The translations under genes were made by a program, and so were the position numbers. The notes under the pieces were generated by a model, which was not told where the DNA came from, did not search any database, and saw only the letters and a list, made by a program, of their open reading frames with translations. DNA of 64,000 bases, from positions 7,761-71,760 of the forward strand of contig JAFUYP010000014.1 in the NCBI GenBank assembly GCA_017470535.1, written 5' to 3'. Of this stretch, positions 47,168 through 57,292 are shown piece after piece; position 1 is the stretch's first letter; each line of letters starts with the position of its first letter. Source of the DNA: Ruminococcus sp. (GTDB taxonomy: Bacteria > Bacillota > Clostridia > Oscillospirales > Ruminococcaceae).

Positions 47168-47842
47168 ATGTCTAAAAACGGCACAGTATCTGCTTCCGTT
47201 ATAAAAAGACTACCGAGATATTACAGATTTTTAGGCGAGCTTATCAAGCAGGGCACAGAGCGCATCTCGTCAAGAGAGCTTGCAGCGCTTATGAAACTCA
47301 CCGCCTCGCAGATAAGGCAGGATCTCAACTGCTTCGGCGGCTTCGGTCAGCAGGGGTACGGGTATAATGTGGAGGAGCTTCACACGCAGATAGGCAGGAT
47401 ATTAGGCGTTGACAGGAAGTTTTCCACTATCCTGATAGGTGCGGGCAACTTAGGGCGTGCGATAGCGTCACATATAAATTTTGAATCACGGGGCTGCCTG
47501 CTTATAGGTATGTTCGACTCAAACCCCAAAATGACAGGCAAGGCTGTCGCAGGAAGTACAGTCAGGCACACAGACGAGCTGGAGTTTTTCTGCCGCACGC
47601 ACAAGCCTGAGGTAGCGGTGCTTTGCATACCAAAGGACAACACCCAGGCGATAGCCGAGCAGCTCGTAGGGCTGGGGGTAAAGGCTTTCTGGAATTTCTC
47701 ACATTACGACCTGAGCGTAGATCATGAAAACATAGTAGTCGAGAATGTCCACTTAGGCGACTCGCTGCTCACACTCACCTACAGGGTGAATCATCTGCTT
47801 CACAGCGATGATGAGCAGGAGCAGAAAGACAAAACAGAATAA
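47168..47842 (+). CDS. rex: Redox-sensing transcriptional repressor Rex
   Basis: IKRLPRYYR, QIRQDL, GQQGYGY, GAGNLG. Confidence 0.97.
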   Translation: MSKNGTVSASVIKRLPRYYRFLGELIKQGTERISSRELAALMKLTASQIRQDLNCFGGFGQQGYGYNVEELHTQIGRILGVDRKFSTILIGAGNLGRAIASHINFESRGCLLIGMFDSNPKMTGKAVAGSTVRHTDELEFFCRTHKPEVAVLCIPKDNTQAIAEQLVGLGVKAFWNFSHYDLSVDHENIVVENVHLGDSLLTLTYRVNHLLHSDDEQEQKDKTE

Positions 47843-47851
47843 CACAAGCAC

Positions 47852-47878
47852 ACGCCACAGTTCACCGCTGTGGCGTTT
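47852..47878 (+). terminator. Stem-loop after rex
   Basis: ACGCCACAG/CTGTGGCGT followed by TT. Confidence 0.55.
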
Positions 47879-47921
47879 ATAGCAAGCCGACCAACAAATA
47901 TACACAAAAGGAGAGAAGGAT

Positions 47922-48659
47922 ATGGGAGAGTACAGGTTTTCAGTTATAATACCGGCACACAATGAGGAAAAATACATAGGTAAATGTTTAAGGGCGATAA
48001 AGAGTGCGGCAAAGTACGTCCATCCCGACAAAGTGGAGGTGATAGTGGCCGCCAACCGCTGCACCGACAAGACAGAAGAGATAGCCAAAAAGCTCGGTGC
48101 CAGGGTCGTGTGCAACGAGCAAAAGTGCATAGCAGCTGTAAGAAACACAGGCGTCAGAGCTGCAAGCGGTGAGATAATAGTGACTATCGACGCTGACAGC
48201 CGAATGACAAAATACTCGCTGCTCGAAATAAGGGAAAAGCTCGAAAGCGGAAGATTCATCGGCGGCGGTGCTGACCCGAAATTTGACAGGATGTCGGTAG
48301 GCATGGCGTTCTCGGCTTTGTATGTGGCAATAAATCTTCTGCCTATAATGATAAAAAACGGCGGCTATCTGAGCGGCGCTATGTTCTGGCTTTACAAAAA
48401 GGACTTTGACGCTGTCGGCGGCTTTGATGAGAGCCTTCTGAGCTTAGAGGATATGGACTTTGCGTGCAGGCTCAAAAAACTTGGCAAGGCAAGGGGCAGA
48501 AAATACGGCACGCTCAAAAGGTCGCACGTTATTACCTCATCACGAAAATTTGATGAGTTCGGCGACTGGTATCTTTTCAAGAACCGCAAGCTCACTAAGA
48601 GGATATTCACAGGAAAGGACAGGCAGGCGGCAGATGAATTTTACTATGATGTAAGGTGA
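47922..48659 (+). CDS. Family 2 glycosyltransferase
   Basis: SVIIPAHNEE, IDAD, GGFDE, EDMD. Confidence 0.9.
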   Translation: MGEYRFSVIIPAHNEEKYIGKCLRAIKSAAKYVHPDKVEVIVAANRCTDKTEEIAKKLGARVVCNEQKCIAAVRNTGVRAASGEIIVTIDADSRMTKYSLLEIREKLESGRFIGGGADPKFDRMSVGMAFSALYVAINLLPIMIKNGGYLSGAMFWLYKKDFDAVGGFDESLLSLEDMDFACRLKKLGKARGRKYGTLKRSHVITSSRKFDEFGDWYLFKNRKLTKRIFTGKDRQAADEFYYDVR

Positions 48660-48663
48660 TAAG

Positions 48664-49032
48664 ATGCGTGAAAAGATCTTTGGATATGCTGTGAAGGAAT
48701 ACGCTGCAAGCCCCGAATACCTATGGGCAAGATACCCCGGCTATGCGGTACTAAGACGCTCTGACAGCAAAAAGTGGTTCGCAGTCATAATGGACATACC
48801 ATTTGAAAAGATAGACCCCCGGAAAAGCGGCACTGTCGATGTACTTAATGTCAAGGTCGATGATGTTATGCTTCGTGATATGCTGCTGACACAGGAGGGG
48901 TTCTACAAAGCCTACCACATGGCAAAGGGCAGCTGGGTGAGCATCTCACTTGACGGCAGGGTCGATGAAAGCAGGATATACGAGCTTATAGATATGAGCT
49001 ATCAGGCAGCAGGCGGCGGACGGAGGAAATAG
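48664..49032 (+). CDS. MmcQ/YjbR-family DNA-binding protein
   Basis: PEYLW, KWFA, LNVK, AYHMAKGSW, LIDMSY. Confidence 0.88.
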   Translation: MREKIFGYAVKEYAASPEYLWARYPGYAVLRRSDSKKWFAVIMDIPFEKIDPRKSGTVDVLNVKVDDVMLRDMLLTQEGFYKAYHMAKGSWVSISLDGRVDESRIYELIDMSYQAAGGGRRK

Positions 49033-49033
49033 T

Positions 49034-49924
49034 ATGCACGATATATGGAACCCCTGGCACGGCTGCATCAAAAAAAGCGAGGGCTGCGACAACTGCTATA
49101 TGTATTTCCTTGACAGAATGAGGGATATGGACGGAAGTGTCATCTTCCGCACGAAGGCAGGCTTCAACTATCCATTGCAAAAGGACAGGCAGGGAAACTA
49201 CAAGGTAAAAAGCGGCGAGATGATAAGAGTCTGCATGACATCGGATTTCTTTTTGGAGCAGGCGGACAAATGGCGTGACGATGCGTGGGATATTATAAAG
49301 CAGCGCAGCGATGTGAAGTTCTTCCTGCTGACAAAGCGTCCCGAGCGTGTAAGGGACTGTCTGCCCTACGACTGGGGCGACGGGTGGGAGAATGTCTTTA
49401 TGAACGTCACCGCCGAAAATCAGGCAAGGGCTGATGAGCGGATACCGATACTGCTAAGTCTGCCGTTCAAACACAAGGGAGTGATGTGTGCGCCGTTCAT
49501 CGGAGAAGTAAGCATAGAGAAATACTTGCAGTCGGGGCAGATAGAGCAGGTGCTTTGCGACGGCGAGAATTACGACGGCTCACGCCCGTGCAGGTACGAA
49601 TGGGTAAAGCGCCTTAGTGATGAGTGCAGAAAATATAACGTCACATTCGTTTTCTGCGGTACGGGCAGAAGGTTTATAAAAGACGGGAAAATGTACAGCT
49701 TAGAGGGAAATATGCAGACCGTACAGGCTCACAGGTCAGGGCTGAGCTTTAAGGGCAAGCCTATGGAGTTCAAGCTATATGACCGGTGGGGCATTGCCAT
49801 TCCAAAAGAGCAGCTTTATAAGCCGTATTTCCGTGAGCGGTGTGACACCTGCGGTATGAGGATAAGCTGCAACGGCTGCAGCAACTGCGGAAGATGTGAA
49901 GGCAAGGGCGAGGTATTGCCCTGA
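49034..49924 (+). CDS. DUF5131 (Gp37/Gp68-like) radical-SAM protein
   Basis: WNPWHGCIKKSEGCDNCY, LTKRPER, Cys-rich C-terminus. Confidence 0.88.
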   Translation: MHDIWNPWHGCIKKSEGCDNCYMYFLDRMRDMDGSVIFRTKAGFNYPLQKDRQGNYKVKSGEMIRVCMTSDFFLEQADKWRDDAWDIIKQRSDVKFFLLTKRPERVRDCLPYDWGDGWENVFMNVTAENQARADERIPILLSLPFKHKGVMCAPFIGEVSIEKYLQSGQIEQVLCDGENYDGSRPCRYEWVKRLSDECRKYNVTFVFCGTGRRFIKDGKMYSLEGNMQTVQAHRSGLSFKGKPMEFKLYDRWGIAIPKEQLYKPYFRERCDTCGMRISCNGCSNCGRCEGKGEVLP

Positions 49925-49943
49925 GCCACGAAAAAGGCAGCAT

Positions 49944-49980
49944 AAAATCCCGGAGGGAATGACCTCCGGGATATATTTTT
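49944..49980. terminator. Bidirectional terminator
   Basis: ATCCCGGAGG/CCTCCGGGAT stem between convergent genes. Confidence 0.8.
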
Positions 49981-51181
49981 ACGCACCTGCCGGGAACACC
50001 TCGTCCTTGTGTGCCTGCATTATTTCCTTTGTTGCGGGAGCTATGTCGTCAAGGAGTCCGTTGCCGTCGTCCTGTCCGCTGGTCTTCCACGCCATTACGC
50101 CGTCATAGCCGAGAGAATATGCTGATTCGTATTCCTCCTGCAATGTCATCTTCTGGGGCGTGCCGGGGCATTCGCCTATCACTGTCGGGCGGTCGGTGTC
50201 AAGCCCGAACTCCTCCGGCGACTGCTTGAACGGGTTGCCCATGCCCGAGCCCTCCTCCCACGGATACCAGTGAGTAGAGTAAAAGTCCACAAACGCCTTG
50301 TCCTTATTATAATCAGACCCGTCCGGGATAAGCGATGACAGGTATTCATTGCTTATCTTGTTGCCGTTTATCTTGTCGGAATTATACTTGGGCATACCCA
50401 TGCCGACTGTCACTAAAACATCTGAATGCTCATGTATCGCAGCAGCAGCCTTTGCGTAGTAGGAGCTGAGATCTACCCAGTCGAGCTTGCCGCACTCGGA
50501 GTTTTCATACACCCAGTCAGGCTCGTTGCAAAGGTCTACCGACCAGAAATAATCGCTGCTGCCGAATTTCTCAACAAGCGGTATGATGTAGTTGTTTATA
50601 TACGCATCGGTCTTTGAGCCGTCTGTTATAAGCTCACGCCACGCTGCGAACTTCTCCTGAGAATCATCGACATCCTCATCGTCCTTGTAATGGTCAAACG
50701 ACTGCACTGTCGCCATTATATAGACCTGATTTGCCTCTGCTATGCTGAAAAGCTCTGCAAGGTCCTTCCAGTGCTGCTCGGTCGCACCCTTGAAATGCCC
50801 CTCGTCGTCGATATCCATACCGACCTCGCCGTTGCAGGAGATCCACACACGGGCGCAGTTTATGCCATTTTCGTGCAGTTCTCTGAAATGATCGTTCCAT
50901 TCCATAAAGCTGAAAGAGCCGCCGAAGTCGTTCCACTTTATCCACGGGGCATTAGCGCCGTTTACCCACAGGCGCTTGCCGCCGACCTCAAAATCAGCAC
51001 CGTTTACCTTTATCCTTTTGCTGCCGTCGGTAGTCGTCTTGAACTCCACCGCACTCTCGGTGCTGTTGCCCGAAACGGTATCGCCCGACACCTTCTGCGA
51101 GGACGATTCCTCACGGCACGATGCAAATGACATTGTCATGACTATTGCGGATATAAATGCTGCGGTTTTTGTAAGTTTCAT
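49979..51181 (-). CDS. GH5 glycoside hydrolase lipoprotein (probable beta-mannanase)
   Basis: Lipobox FASC; NEP acid/base, IGE nucleophile, DFYSTHWY, GYDGVMAW. Confidence 0.8.
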   Translation of the reverse strand: MKLTKTAAFISAIVMTMSFASCREESSSQKVSGDTVSGNSTESAVEFKTTTDGSKRIKVNGADFEVGGKRLWVNGANAPWIKWNDFGGSFSFMEWNDHFRELHENGINCARVWISCNGEVGMDIDDEGHFKGATEQHWKDLAELFSIAEANQVYIMATVQSFDHYKDDEDVDDSQEKFAAWRELITDGSKTDAYINNYIIPLVEKFGSSDYFWSVDLCNEPDWVYENSECGKLDWVDLSSYYAKAAAAIHEHSDVLVTVGMGMPKYNSDKINGNKISNEYLSSLIPDGSDYNKDKAFVDFYSTHWYPWEEGSGMGNPFKQSPEEFGLDTDRPTVIGECPGTPQKMTLQEEYESAYSLGYDGVMAWKTSGQDDGNGLLDDIAPATKEIMQAHKDEVFPAGA

Positions 51182-51190
51182 AATTTTCTC

Positions 51191-51892
51191 CTATTCGTTG
51201 TAATTGAGTTTGTGTCGTATGCTTTTGCAGTCGGGGCAGTACTTTGAAACAAGCTCCCAGAACTGCGGTGAATGGTCCATATGCACAAGATGACAAAGCT
51301 CGTGTATTATAACATAATCCACGCACTCGGAGCTTTTCTCATAGAGGTAGAAATTAAGCGATATATTCCCCTCGGAGGAGCATCTGCCCCAGCAGCTCTT
51401 CATCTTTTTGACGGTTATCTTTTTAGGGCACAGCCCGGTAAGGTCTATAAGCCTTTTACAGCTCTCACGCAGGATATCATTTGCATAGTCTGTTATAAAT
51501 CTCTCTGCGTCCTGCCTTACCATATAAGCATCGGCGCCGGCTTTCGGTACGCTGATACAAAGATATTCTCCGTCTATGAACGGATCTTTATGCCTGTCAG
51601 GTGTTATAAATCTGAGTTTCAGCACGCCGCCTGCAAATTCAAACGGCTCGCCGTCTGTGTAGTCTTTGAGCCTTAGCGGTGCTTTTGCACAGCTTTCTAA
51701 ATTCTTTACTATCCACTCCTCACGGGAGTTTACAAACCTCATCATTTCCTGATAAGACATATTAGGGGGGACTTTTATTATTACCTCCCCCTCCTTTATA
51801 TTTATATAAAGGTTCTTTCTTCTGCCACGGTCTATCACAGCTTCAAGCTCTCTGCCGCTTTCAAAAACTATGATCGCTCTTTCTCTGCCCAT
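51191..51892 (-). CDS. YgjP/SprT-like (M48/DUF45) zinc metalloprotein
   Basis: MKSCWGRC, YVIIHELCH, HSPQFW. Confidence 0.9.
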   Translation of the reverse strand: MGRERAIIVFESGRELEAVIDRGRRKNLYINIKEGEVIIKVPPNMSYQEMMRFVNSREEWIVKNLESCAKAPLRLKDYTDGEPFEFAGGVLKLRFITPDRHKDPFIDGEYLCISVPKAGADAYMVRQDAERFITDYANDILRESCKRLIDLTGLCPKKITVKKMKSCWGRCSSEGNISLNFYLYEKSSECVDYVIIHELCHLVHMDHSPQFWELVSKYCPDCKSIRHKLNYNE

Positions 51893-52362
51893 TATCCTAA
51901 ATATGATTCATGCACATATCCGGTAAGCTGACCGGACACGTCTAAGAATGTCGCCTTTACATAGCCGTTCTCGTCAGCTTCTGAAAGGATAGTCACCTCT
52001 ACCCCGGGTGACATACATATTATCGCCTCGCCCTCGGGAGAAGGCTCTTTTCTTAAATATGCGTATTCAAGCACACTCTTTGTGCCCATGCCCTCCGTGG
52101 TAGTCGTTGTGGTTTTCTTTTCCTTGTCGGCTGATTTTTTGGTGGTCTTTTTCTCCTGCTCAGTGCTTTCAGTCTGTGCAGGGGCAGCTTCTGCCTTTGT
52201 GACAGTCGCTGTATCGAGCCCTATCGGCAGGTCGCTCTCAACGCCCGAGAAAAGGCTTTTAGCAAATATTATTATGACCCCTATCACGAACACCGCCACT
52301 ACGATTATAGCGACAACGCCGACAAACTGGTTATTAAGATCCTTTGATCTTCTCTTACTCAA
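51892..52362 (-). CDS. Membrane-anchored protein with a C-terminal SH3b-like domain
   Basis: TM, T/K-rich linker, YLRKEPS...GYVHESYL. Confidence 0.75.
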   Translation of the reverse strand: MSKRRSKDLNNQFVGVVAIIVVAVFVIGVIIIFAKSLFSGVESDLPIGLDTATVTKAEAAPAQTESTEQEKKTTKKSADKEKKTTTTTTEGMGTKSVLEYAYLRKEPSPEGEAIICMSPGVEVTILSEADENGYVKATFLDVSGQLTGYVHESYLG

Positions 52363-52364
52363 AA

Positions 52365-53270
52365 CTATTCTCCTTTGTTTTCAACTTCTGTTTCTTTTGT
52401 TTTTTCTGTATTTTCTTTATCCTCATCAGAGGCATCTGTCATTTTTATGTCCTTGGTCTCCGAGTAGAAATTTATGATTATAGATGTTATCAATGCAACT
52501 ACTATTATCCCGTAAATACCGAGTATGACCGATATTACACGCCCTTCTAAGGTAGTCGCCGTAATATCGCCAAAGCCGATAGTCGTGACTATCGCAAAGC
52601 AGTACCACAGCCCGTCGCCGAAGCTCTTTATCGAATCCTCATATATCGGCAGCACCATTGCCGACGAAACTATCAGTATGATAAGCCCCAGCAGCACCTC
52701 GGAAGCCATTGATTTTATAAAGATACGCTTTAATATATCAAAGCGTATCTGCGACATTGCGATCATTACAAGCCTTATAAAGCAGTGCGTCAGGATCATT
52801 ATCGGAATGACCAGCATTGTCATGTACATGAGCTTTTCTTCTTCAATAAAAAACGGTATCAGTATCATCAGCAGGATAAGTATGATAAATATTATATTCC
52901 ACGTTCTTGCAATAATCTTTTTAGTTATTGTCAAAGAAAGTACTCGTGAAAACAGCAGCACTGCACCATAAAAGCAATATGTACAGCACATTGTGATAAA
53001 AGCACTGTTTATAAATATCAGTGTGAGCGCACCTGCAAACATCAGCACCGCCTCAACAAGAAACCTTATTCGCTCGGACTTCTGAGCCTTGTCTGTCCGC
53101 CACATACTGAATACATTGGATACACCGAATAATGCAAATACCGGTATCATCAATCTGTAAATGGTCGGATCGTTTACTTCAAGTCCCTGCGTCCTGGCGC
53201 TCAAAAGCATTGTAGCGAACATCGAAAGAATCTCTGCTGCTTTTAAGTATCTGCGGCGTTTATTTACCAT
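52365..53270 (-). CDS. Potassium channel family protein
   Basis: Pore helix and filter WYCFAIVTTIGFGD; several N-terminal TMs. Confidence 0.88.
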   Translation of the reverse strand: MVNKRRRYLKAAEILSMFATMLLSARTQGLEVNDPTIYRLMIPVFALFGVSNVFSMWRTDKAQKSERIRFLVEAVLMFAGALTLIFINSAFITMCCTYCFYGAVLLFSRVLSLTITKKIIARTWNIIFIILILLMILIPFFIEEEKLMYMTMLVIPIMILTHCFIRLVMIAMSQIRFDILKRIFIKSMASEVLLGLIILIVSSAMVLPIYEDSIKSFGDGLWYCFAIVTTIGFGDITATTLEGRVISVILGIYGIIVVALITSIIINFYSETKDIKMTDASDEDKENTEKTKETEVENKGE

Positions 53271-54436
53271 TATACCCCTCCTGCTGCTGCGCTTGACATA
53301 CCCTTGAGAAAGTCACACGCAAGCTGAAACAGCCCGTCGATGTATAAAAATACTATCACAGCGACACCGATGACCGGTATTGCTATATCTATAATGATGC
53401 TCTTGTGGGTCTTTGTATATGAGAACAGCAGCAGCACCGGGATTATAAGTATAAGTGCCGCAGTGCTTCCAAAGCCCATATTCACGACAATGTCGTTGAC
53501 CCTGCTAAATTCAGCTTCATCTGCGGTGTCTACATTCATGGAAAGGATAAGCATAATCTCTACAATGATAGAAAGCAAAATATCTAAAACAGCATATATA
53601 AGTATACGCTTGCACAGGTACTTTGAAAACCTGAATGAATTATGGTTTGTATCAAGATACGCCTGGTAGTCCTCCTCGGTCTTTCCGTTTTTAAGAAAGC
53701 CCTGCTTTGTTGATTTGAAATACCGGGCTATCGAGATAAACAGAAGAAAGCTAAGCGGCGGCTTGGTCGTTAAAAACGGGAACACGAACACCGACAGCTT
53801 TATCTTATGCAGAGCTGCAAGCATGATAAGCGTCATAGATGCAGCCTCATAAAGTATCGGCAGTATTATAAGGGATCTGAAAAGATATATCTTTTTCCCC
53901 TGAAAATGCGTCTTTGGCGTGTAGTTTACAAAAAACAGCACCAGCGTACAAAGTGTTAAGTCTATAAAGATGTTGAACGCATAATAACCGGGAGAATTCT
54001 CCTGTGAGAATATATCCCTTAGTGCCGCAAGCACCAGCTTTTTGTCACCGAGCAGCGCCTCACCTGCCGGGCGGATATATCTGAAATACCCGAAAACAAA
54101 AAGCAATATTATACCGAAAGCGATAGCCGAGTTATTGATAATGACTCTTTTATAGTTGCCTCGTCCGCTGAGTATCGTCGCAAAGCCGCCTATGAGCATC
54201 AGCGATACCGAGAGATCCTTGGCAAACGACAATACATCCGATGCAGTCTGGTACTTTTCATTCCCGATGGCTGAGTACATACCAAGTATCGAACTGTAAC
54301 ACGCTACTGCCAGAAAGAACCAGCCTATTATCTTTATATACCTGTATGACAGCTTACCCTTGTAGGCAATGTCATTTTCAGAAGTTATCTCATAGTATTT
54401 CAGCTTCTTTTTCTTTTCCTTTATCATTCTTATCAC
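53270..54436 (-). CDS. Hypothetical multi-pass membrane protein
   Basis: About nine hydrophobic segments; 1-nt overlap with the K+ channel gene. Confidence 0.8.
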   Translation of the reverse strand: MIRMIKEKKKKLKYYEITSENDIAYKGKLSYRYIKIIGWFFLAVACYSSILGMYSAIGNEKYQTASDVLSFAKDLSVSLMLIGGFATILSGRGNYKRVIINNSAIAFGIILLFVFGYFRYIRPAGEALLGDKKLVLAALRDIFSQENSPGYYAFNIFIDLTLCTLVLFFVNYTPKTHFQGKKIYLFRSLIILPILYEAASMTLIMLAALHKIKLSVFVFPFLTTKPPLSFLLFISIARYFKSTKQGFLKNGKTEEDYQAYLDTNHNSFRFSKYLCKRILIYAVLDILLSIIVEIMLILSMNVDTADEAEFSRVNDIVVNMGFGSTAALILIIPVLLLFSYTKTHKSIIIDIAIPVIGVAVIVFLYIDGLFQLACDFLKGMSSAAAGGV

Positions 54437-54445
54437 CTTTTGATG

Positions 54446-57292
54446 TTAATGATACTCACTCCTTGCGATGATCTTGTCAAGCAGCTTGCCGTCCTTGTAT
54501 TCGTAGATGAACACCGCTGCCATCATAAGAAAGCCTATCACTGACAGGATAACAGCGAGCTTGAGATAATTAGGTGAGAATTTCATCTCGATGACATTGT
54601 TTCCATATTCAAGCGGTATCGTTATAAGTGTACCGAGAGTTGTCTGATAGTCTGCCTTTTTGCCGTTTACCGTTACTGTCCAGCCGTCCTGAGCGGGAAT
54701 GGTAGTAAGAAGATACATTCCGTTCTTCTTGACATTGACCGTTCCCTTGAGCGAGGTGTCGCTGAATTCATCTATCTGCAAAATACCATTATCCCTGATA
54801 GTCGCAACTGCGTTTTCAAATGCTTCCTTATCGAAAGTATAGAACAGCTCGTCACGCCAGAAGGCTTCGTTAGTTTCATCAACGAGCGTTATCCTTATCC
54901 TTACCTCCTGATCCTTCACATATTCGCCCAGATCAAGTATAGACAGATCGTCGCCCTCAAAGAACGCCCCTGCGAATTTCATCTCATTCTCAGTGACCTG
55001 CCACTCGTCCTCGTCCTGCACCCAGATATTGCACTTGCGCTCGTACTTGCTGGGCAGGTACATATAAAGGTGGCTGTTCTTATCCATTCTTACCACATAG
55101 TCAAGGTGCGACTCCGCCTGGCTGGTATCCTCCTTCATGAATTTCTTATGCCCGTCCGTAAGTCTGCTCTCAGCGATATTCTCACGGTCAGTGTTTATCG
55201 GGTCAAGCCTTGTCATATACTGAACATAGTTATCTCCGCCGATAATGCAGTTGAAGATCTGGTTCTGGTTTTCAAACGGGTTATCGTCACTCATAAGGGC
55301 GTTTATTATACGCTCACTTGACACCATGCCAAGCCCGAGGGCATTCTTGTTCTCATAGAATTTATACTTAGCCGCTTCCCCCTGATAGGTCGTCACCAGC
55401 TTATAGTCAGAGGGCACCTTTATCCTTGTATCGACATAGCGGTTGTTGTCACCCTCTTTTTTCATGATATACTTTACATCAAAGAATGAGTCTGTCATCA
55501 TAGTCGAGCCGTCGTACTTTGTATAATGTCCGCCGTAGGCGTAGCCTAACTGCTTTAAAAACGTAAGCGCCGGCGCTATCATAGTAGAGCTTGAATGTGA
55601 CAGCGAATAATACCCCACACCGATAGCATCATTCACGGTACGGTGGAAGTTTGCCTCCATTCTGTAATACGGCTCATCGTCGTATTCCTTCATCGCCCCG
55701 ACTGCCGCACGGGTATCTGACATATACGGCTCATATGACGTATATGTGCTGTACGCCACGTCCTTGTCTATCTTCTGTAACGTATCAGATGCGTTGCAGA
55801 ACATCTCAGTCGCTACCAGCATGACCATTATCACAGCGAGCGGCTTTGACTTTTTATATTTTCTGTGCAGGTGGATAAGCGCAAAATACACCGACAGAGC
55901 GATGATCGCAAACCATATGCCCTGTATTCTCCAATGCACCTCGCCCTGGTCGTCAGCCACAGAATCAAATATCTGGAAATGCTCATAGTTCTCCCTCTCG
56001 CACCAGAACAGGAAAACGAGCAGCGAGATGAACACGCCGCCTATCTGCTTTGAGGTAAAGCCGTCAGAATTTTCAAAAGCCCTGTAACTCATCCACACAA
56101 ACATAAGTGAAAATGCGAACGAATACCTGAAAGGCAGCCAGTTAGGCACCTGGAAGCCGTGCATCACTATATCGAGCGGCTTTATATACATAAGTATGAA
56201 AAGCACCGCACAGACCAGACCCTTTGACACCTTTTCTTTCATGCCTATCTTTTCGTTCATAAAATACAAAGGCACAAGTATCAGTGCTGCTGAGCCGCAG
56301 TAGATAACAGGCAGCCCTTCGGGGTACACTGTATCATAGCTCATAGGGAACAGCTTTGTTATAAATGTCAGAAAATCGAACTGCGTAGCCATTGAGTAAT
56401 CAGGCTCGGTGAATTCGAGCTTGCCGAGCTTTAACGAATTATACACAGGTATAAGCACTATGCAGGCACACAGCAGTGATATGACAGTCGATATGCCGAA
56501 TCTTAAAATAGTCAGCAGGATATTCTTTGCAAACACCCTGCCCTCCTTTGACAGGCAGTATGACACAAAATATATGAATGTAAATATCCCCACCATATAG
56601 CCTATATAGAAATGGGATAAAAACATAAGCGCCAGCGGTATGATGAGCGGCAGCATCCTGCCGTCATCGACAAGTCTGTGAACGCCCCATATTATGAGCG
56701 GCAGCAGTATCAGACCGTCAAGCCACATCGGGTCCATAAACTGTACCACCATATACGCCATAAGACTGTAAAATGTCGAGAACACTATCATAGCCGAATT
56801 GCCGGGCTTGCCCGTCTTTCTTAAAAGATAGGCAAACGTCACCGCCGCAGAGCCTACCTTTAAAAGCTGCATAAGCTCGATAGCGCCGCACATCATAGTC
56901 CTCGGCAGCAGGCAGACCACCAGCATGAACGGGCTTGCAAGGTAATAGCCGTATATTCCGAACATATCGCCGGATAAGTTTCTTGACCAGTCGTACACCA
57001 TGCTGCCGTCGCCCCAGAAGGCATCTCGCATAGCTTCGTAGTAATACACATACTGCCCGTTAAGGTCAAGCACCAGCACCGAGTTGTCACCGAACGGGTG
57101 TACTTCAAACACAGCATAGGCGATATACATAGTCACAAACGGCACAAGGAACACAAGCAGGTATATCTTCTTGCCGTCGATCTTTCTGAAAAACCTTGTG
57201 CTGTTTATCCTGTCAAGAACGCTCTTTATTGCCGATATTACAGTTTTTATCTTGGATGTTTTCTGAGTAGTTACAGGCGTGGTATTTTCCAT
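54446..57292 (-). CDS. YfhO-family GT-C glycosyltransferase
   Basis: DLNGQY, YYLASP, WLDG, FRYSF, large extracellular domain, GWTVTVNG, C-terminal TM. Confidence 0.9.
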   Translation of the reverse strand: MENTTPVTTQKTSKIKTVISAIKSVLDRINSTRFFRKIDGKKIYLLVFLVPFVTMYIAYAVFEVHPFGDNSVLVLDLNGQYVYYYEAMRDAFWGDGSMVYDWSRNLSGDMFGIYGYYLASPFMLVVCLLPRTMMCGAIELMQLLKVGSAAVTFAYLLRKTGKPGNSAMIVFSTFYSLMAYMVVQFMDPMWLDGLILLPLIIWGVHRLVDDGRMLPLIIPLALMFLSHFYIGYMVGIFTFIYFVSYCLSKEGRVFAKNILLTILRFGISTVISLLCACIVLIPVYNSLKLGKLEFTEPDYSMATQFDFLTFITKLFPMSYDTVYPEGLPVIYCGSAALILVPLYFMNEKIGMKEKVSKGLVCAVLFILMYIKPLDIVMHGFQVPNWLPFRYSFAFSLMFVWMSYRAFENSDGFTSKQIGGVFISLLVFLFWCERENYEHFQIFDSVADDQGEVHWRIQGIWFAIIALSVYFALIHLHRKYKKSKPLAVIMVMLVATEMFCNASDTLQKIDKDVAYSTYTSYEPYMSDTRAAVGAMKEYDDEPYYRMEANFHRTVNDAIGVGYYSLSHSSSTMIAPALTFLKQLGYAYGGHYTKYDGSTMMTDSFFDVKYIMKKEGDNNRYVDTRIKVPSDYKLVTTYQGEAAKYKFYENKNALGLGMVSSERIINALMSDDNPFENQNQIFNCIIGGDNYVQYMTRLDPINTDRENIAESRLTDGHKKFMKEDTSQAESHLDYVVRMDKNSHLYMYLPSKYERKCNIWVQDEDEWQVTENEMKFAGAFFEGDDLSILDLGEYVKDQEVRIRITLVDETNEAFWRDELFYTFDKEAFENAVATIRDNGILQIDEFSDTSLKGTVNVKKNGMYLLTTIPAQDGWTVTVNGKKADYQTTLGTLITIPLEYGNNVIEMKFSPNYLKLAVILSVIGFLMMAAVFIYEYKDGKLLDKIIARSEYH

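Noticed and set aside
49034-49924. DUF5131 (phage Gp37/Gp68) as evidence of a prophage
   Set aside because: No integrase, structural or other phage genes are nearby.
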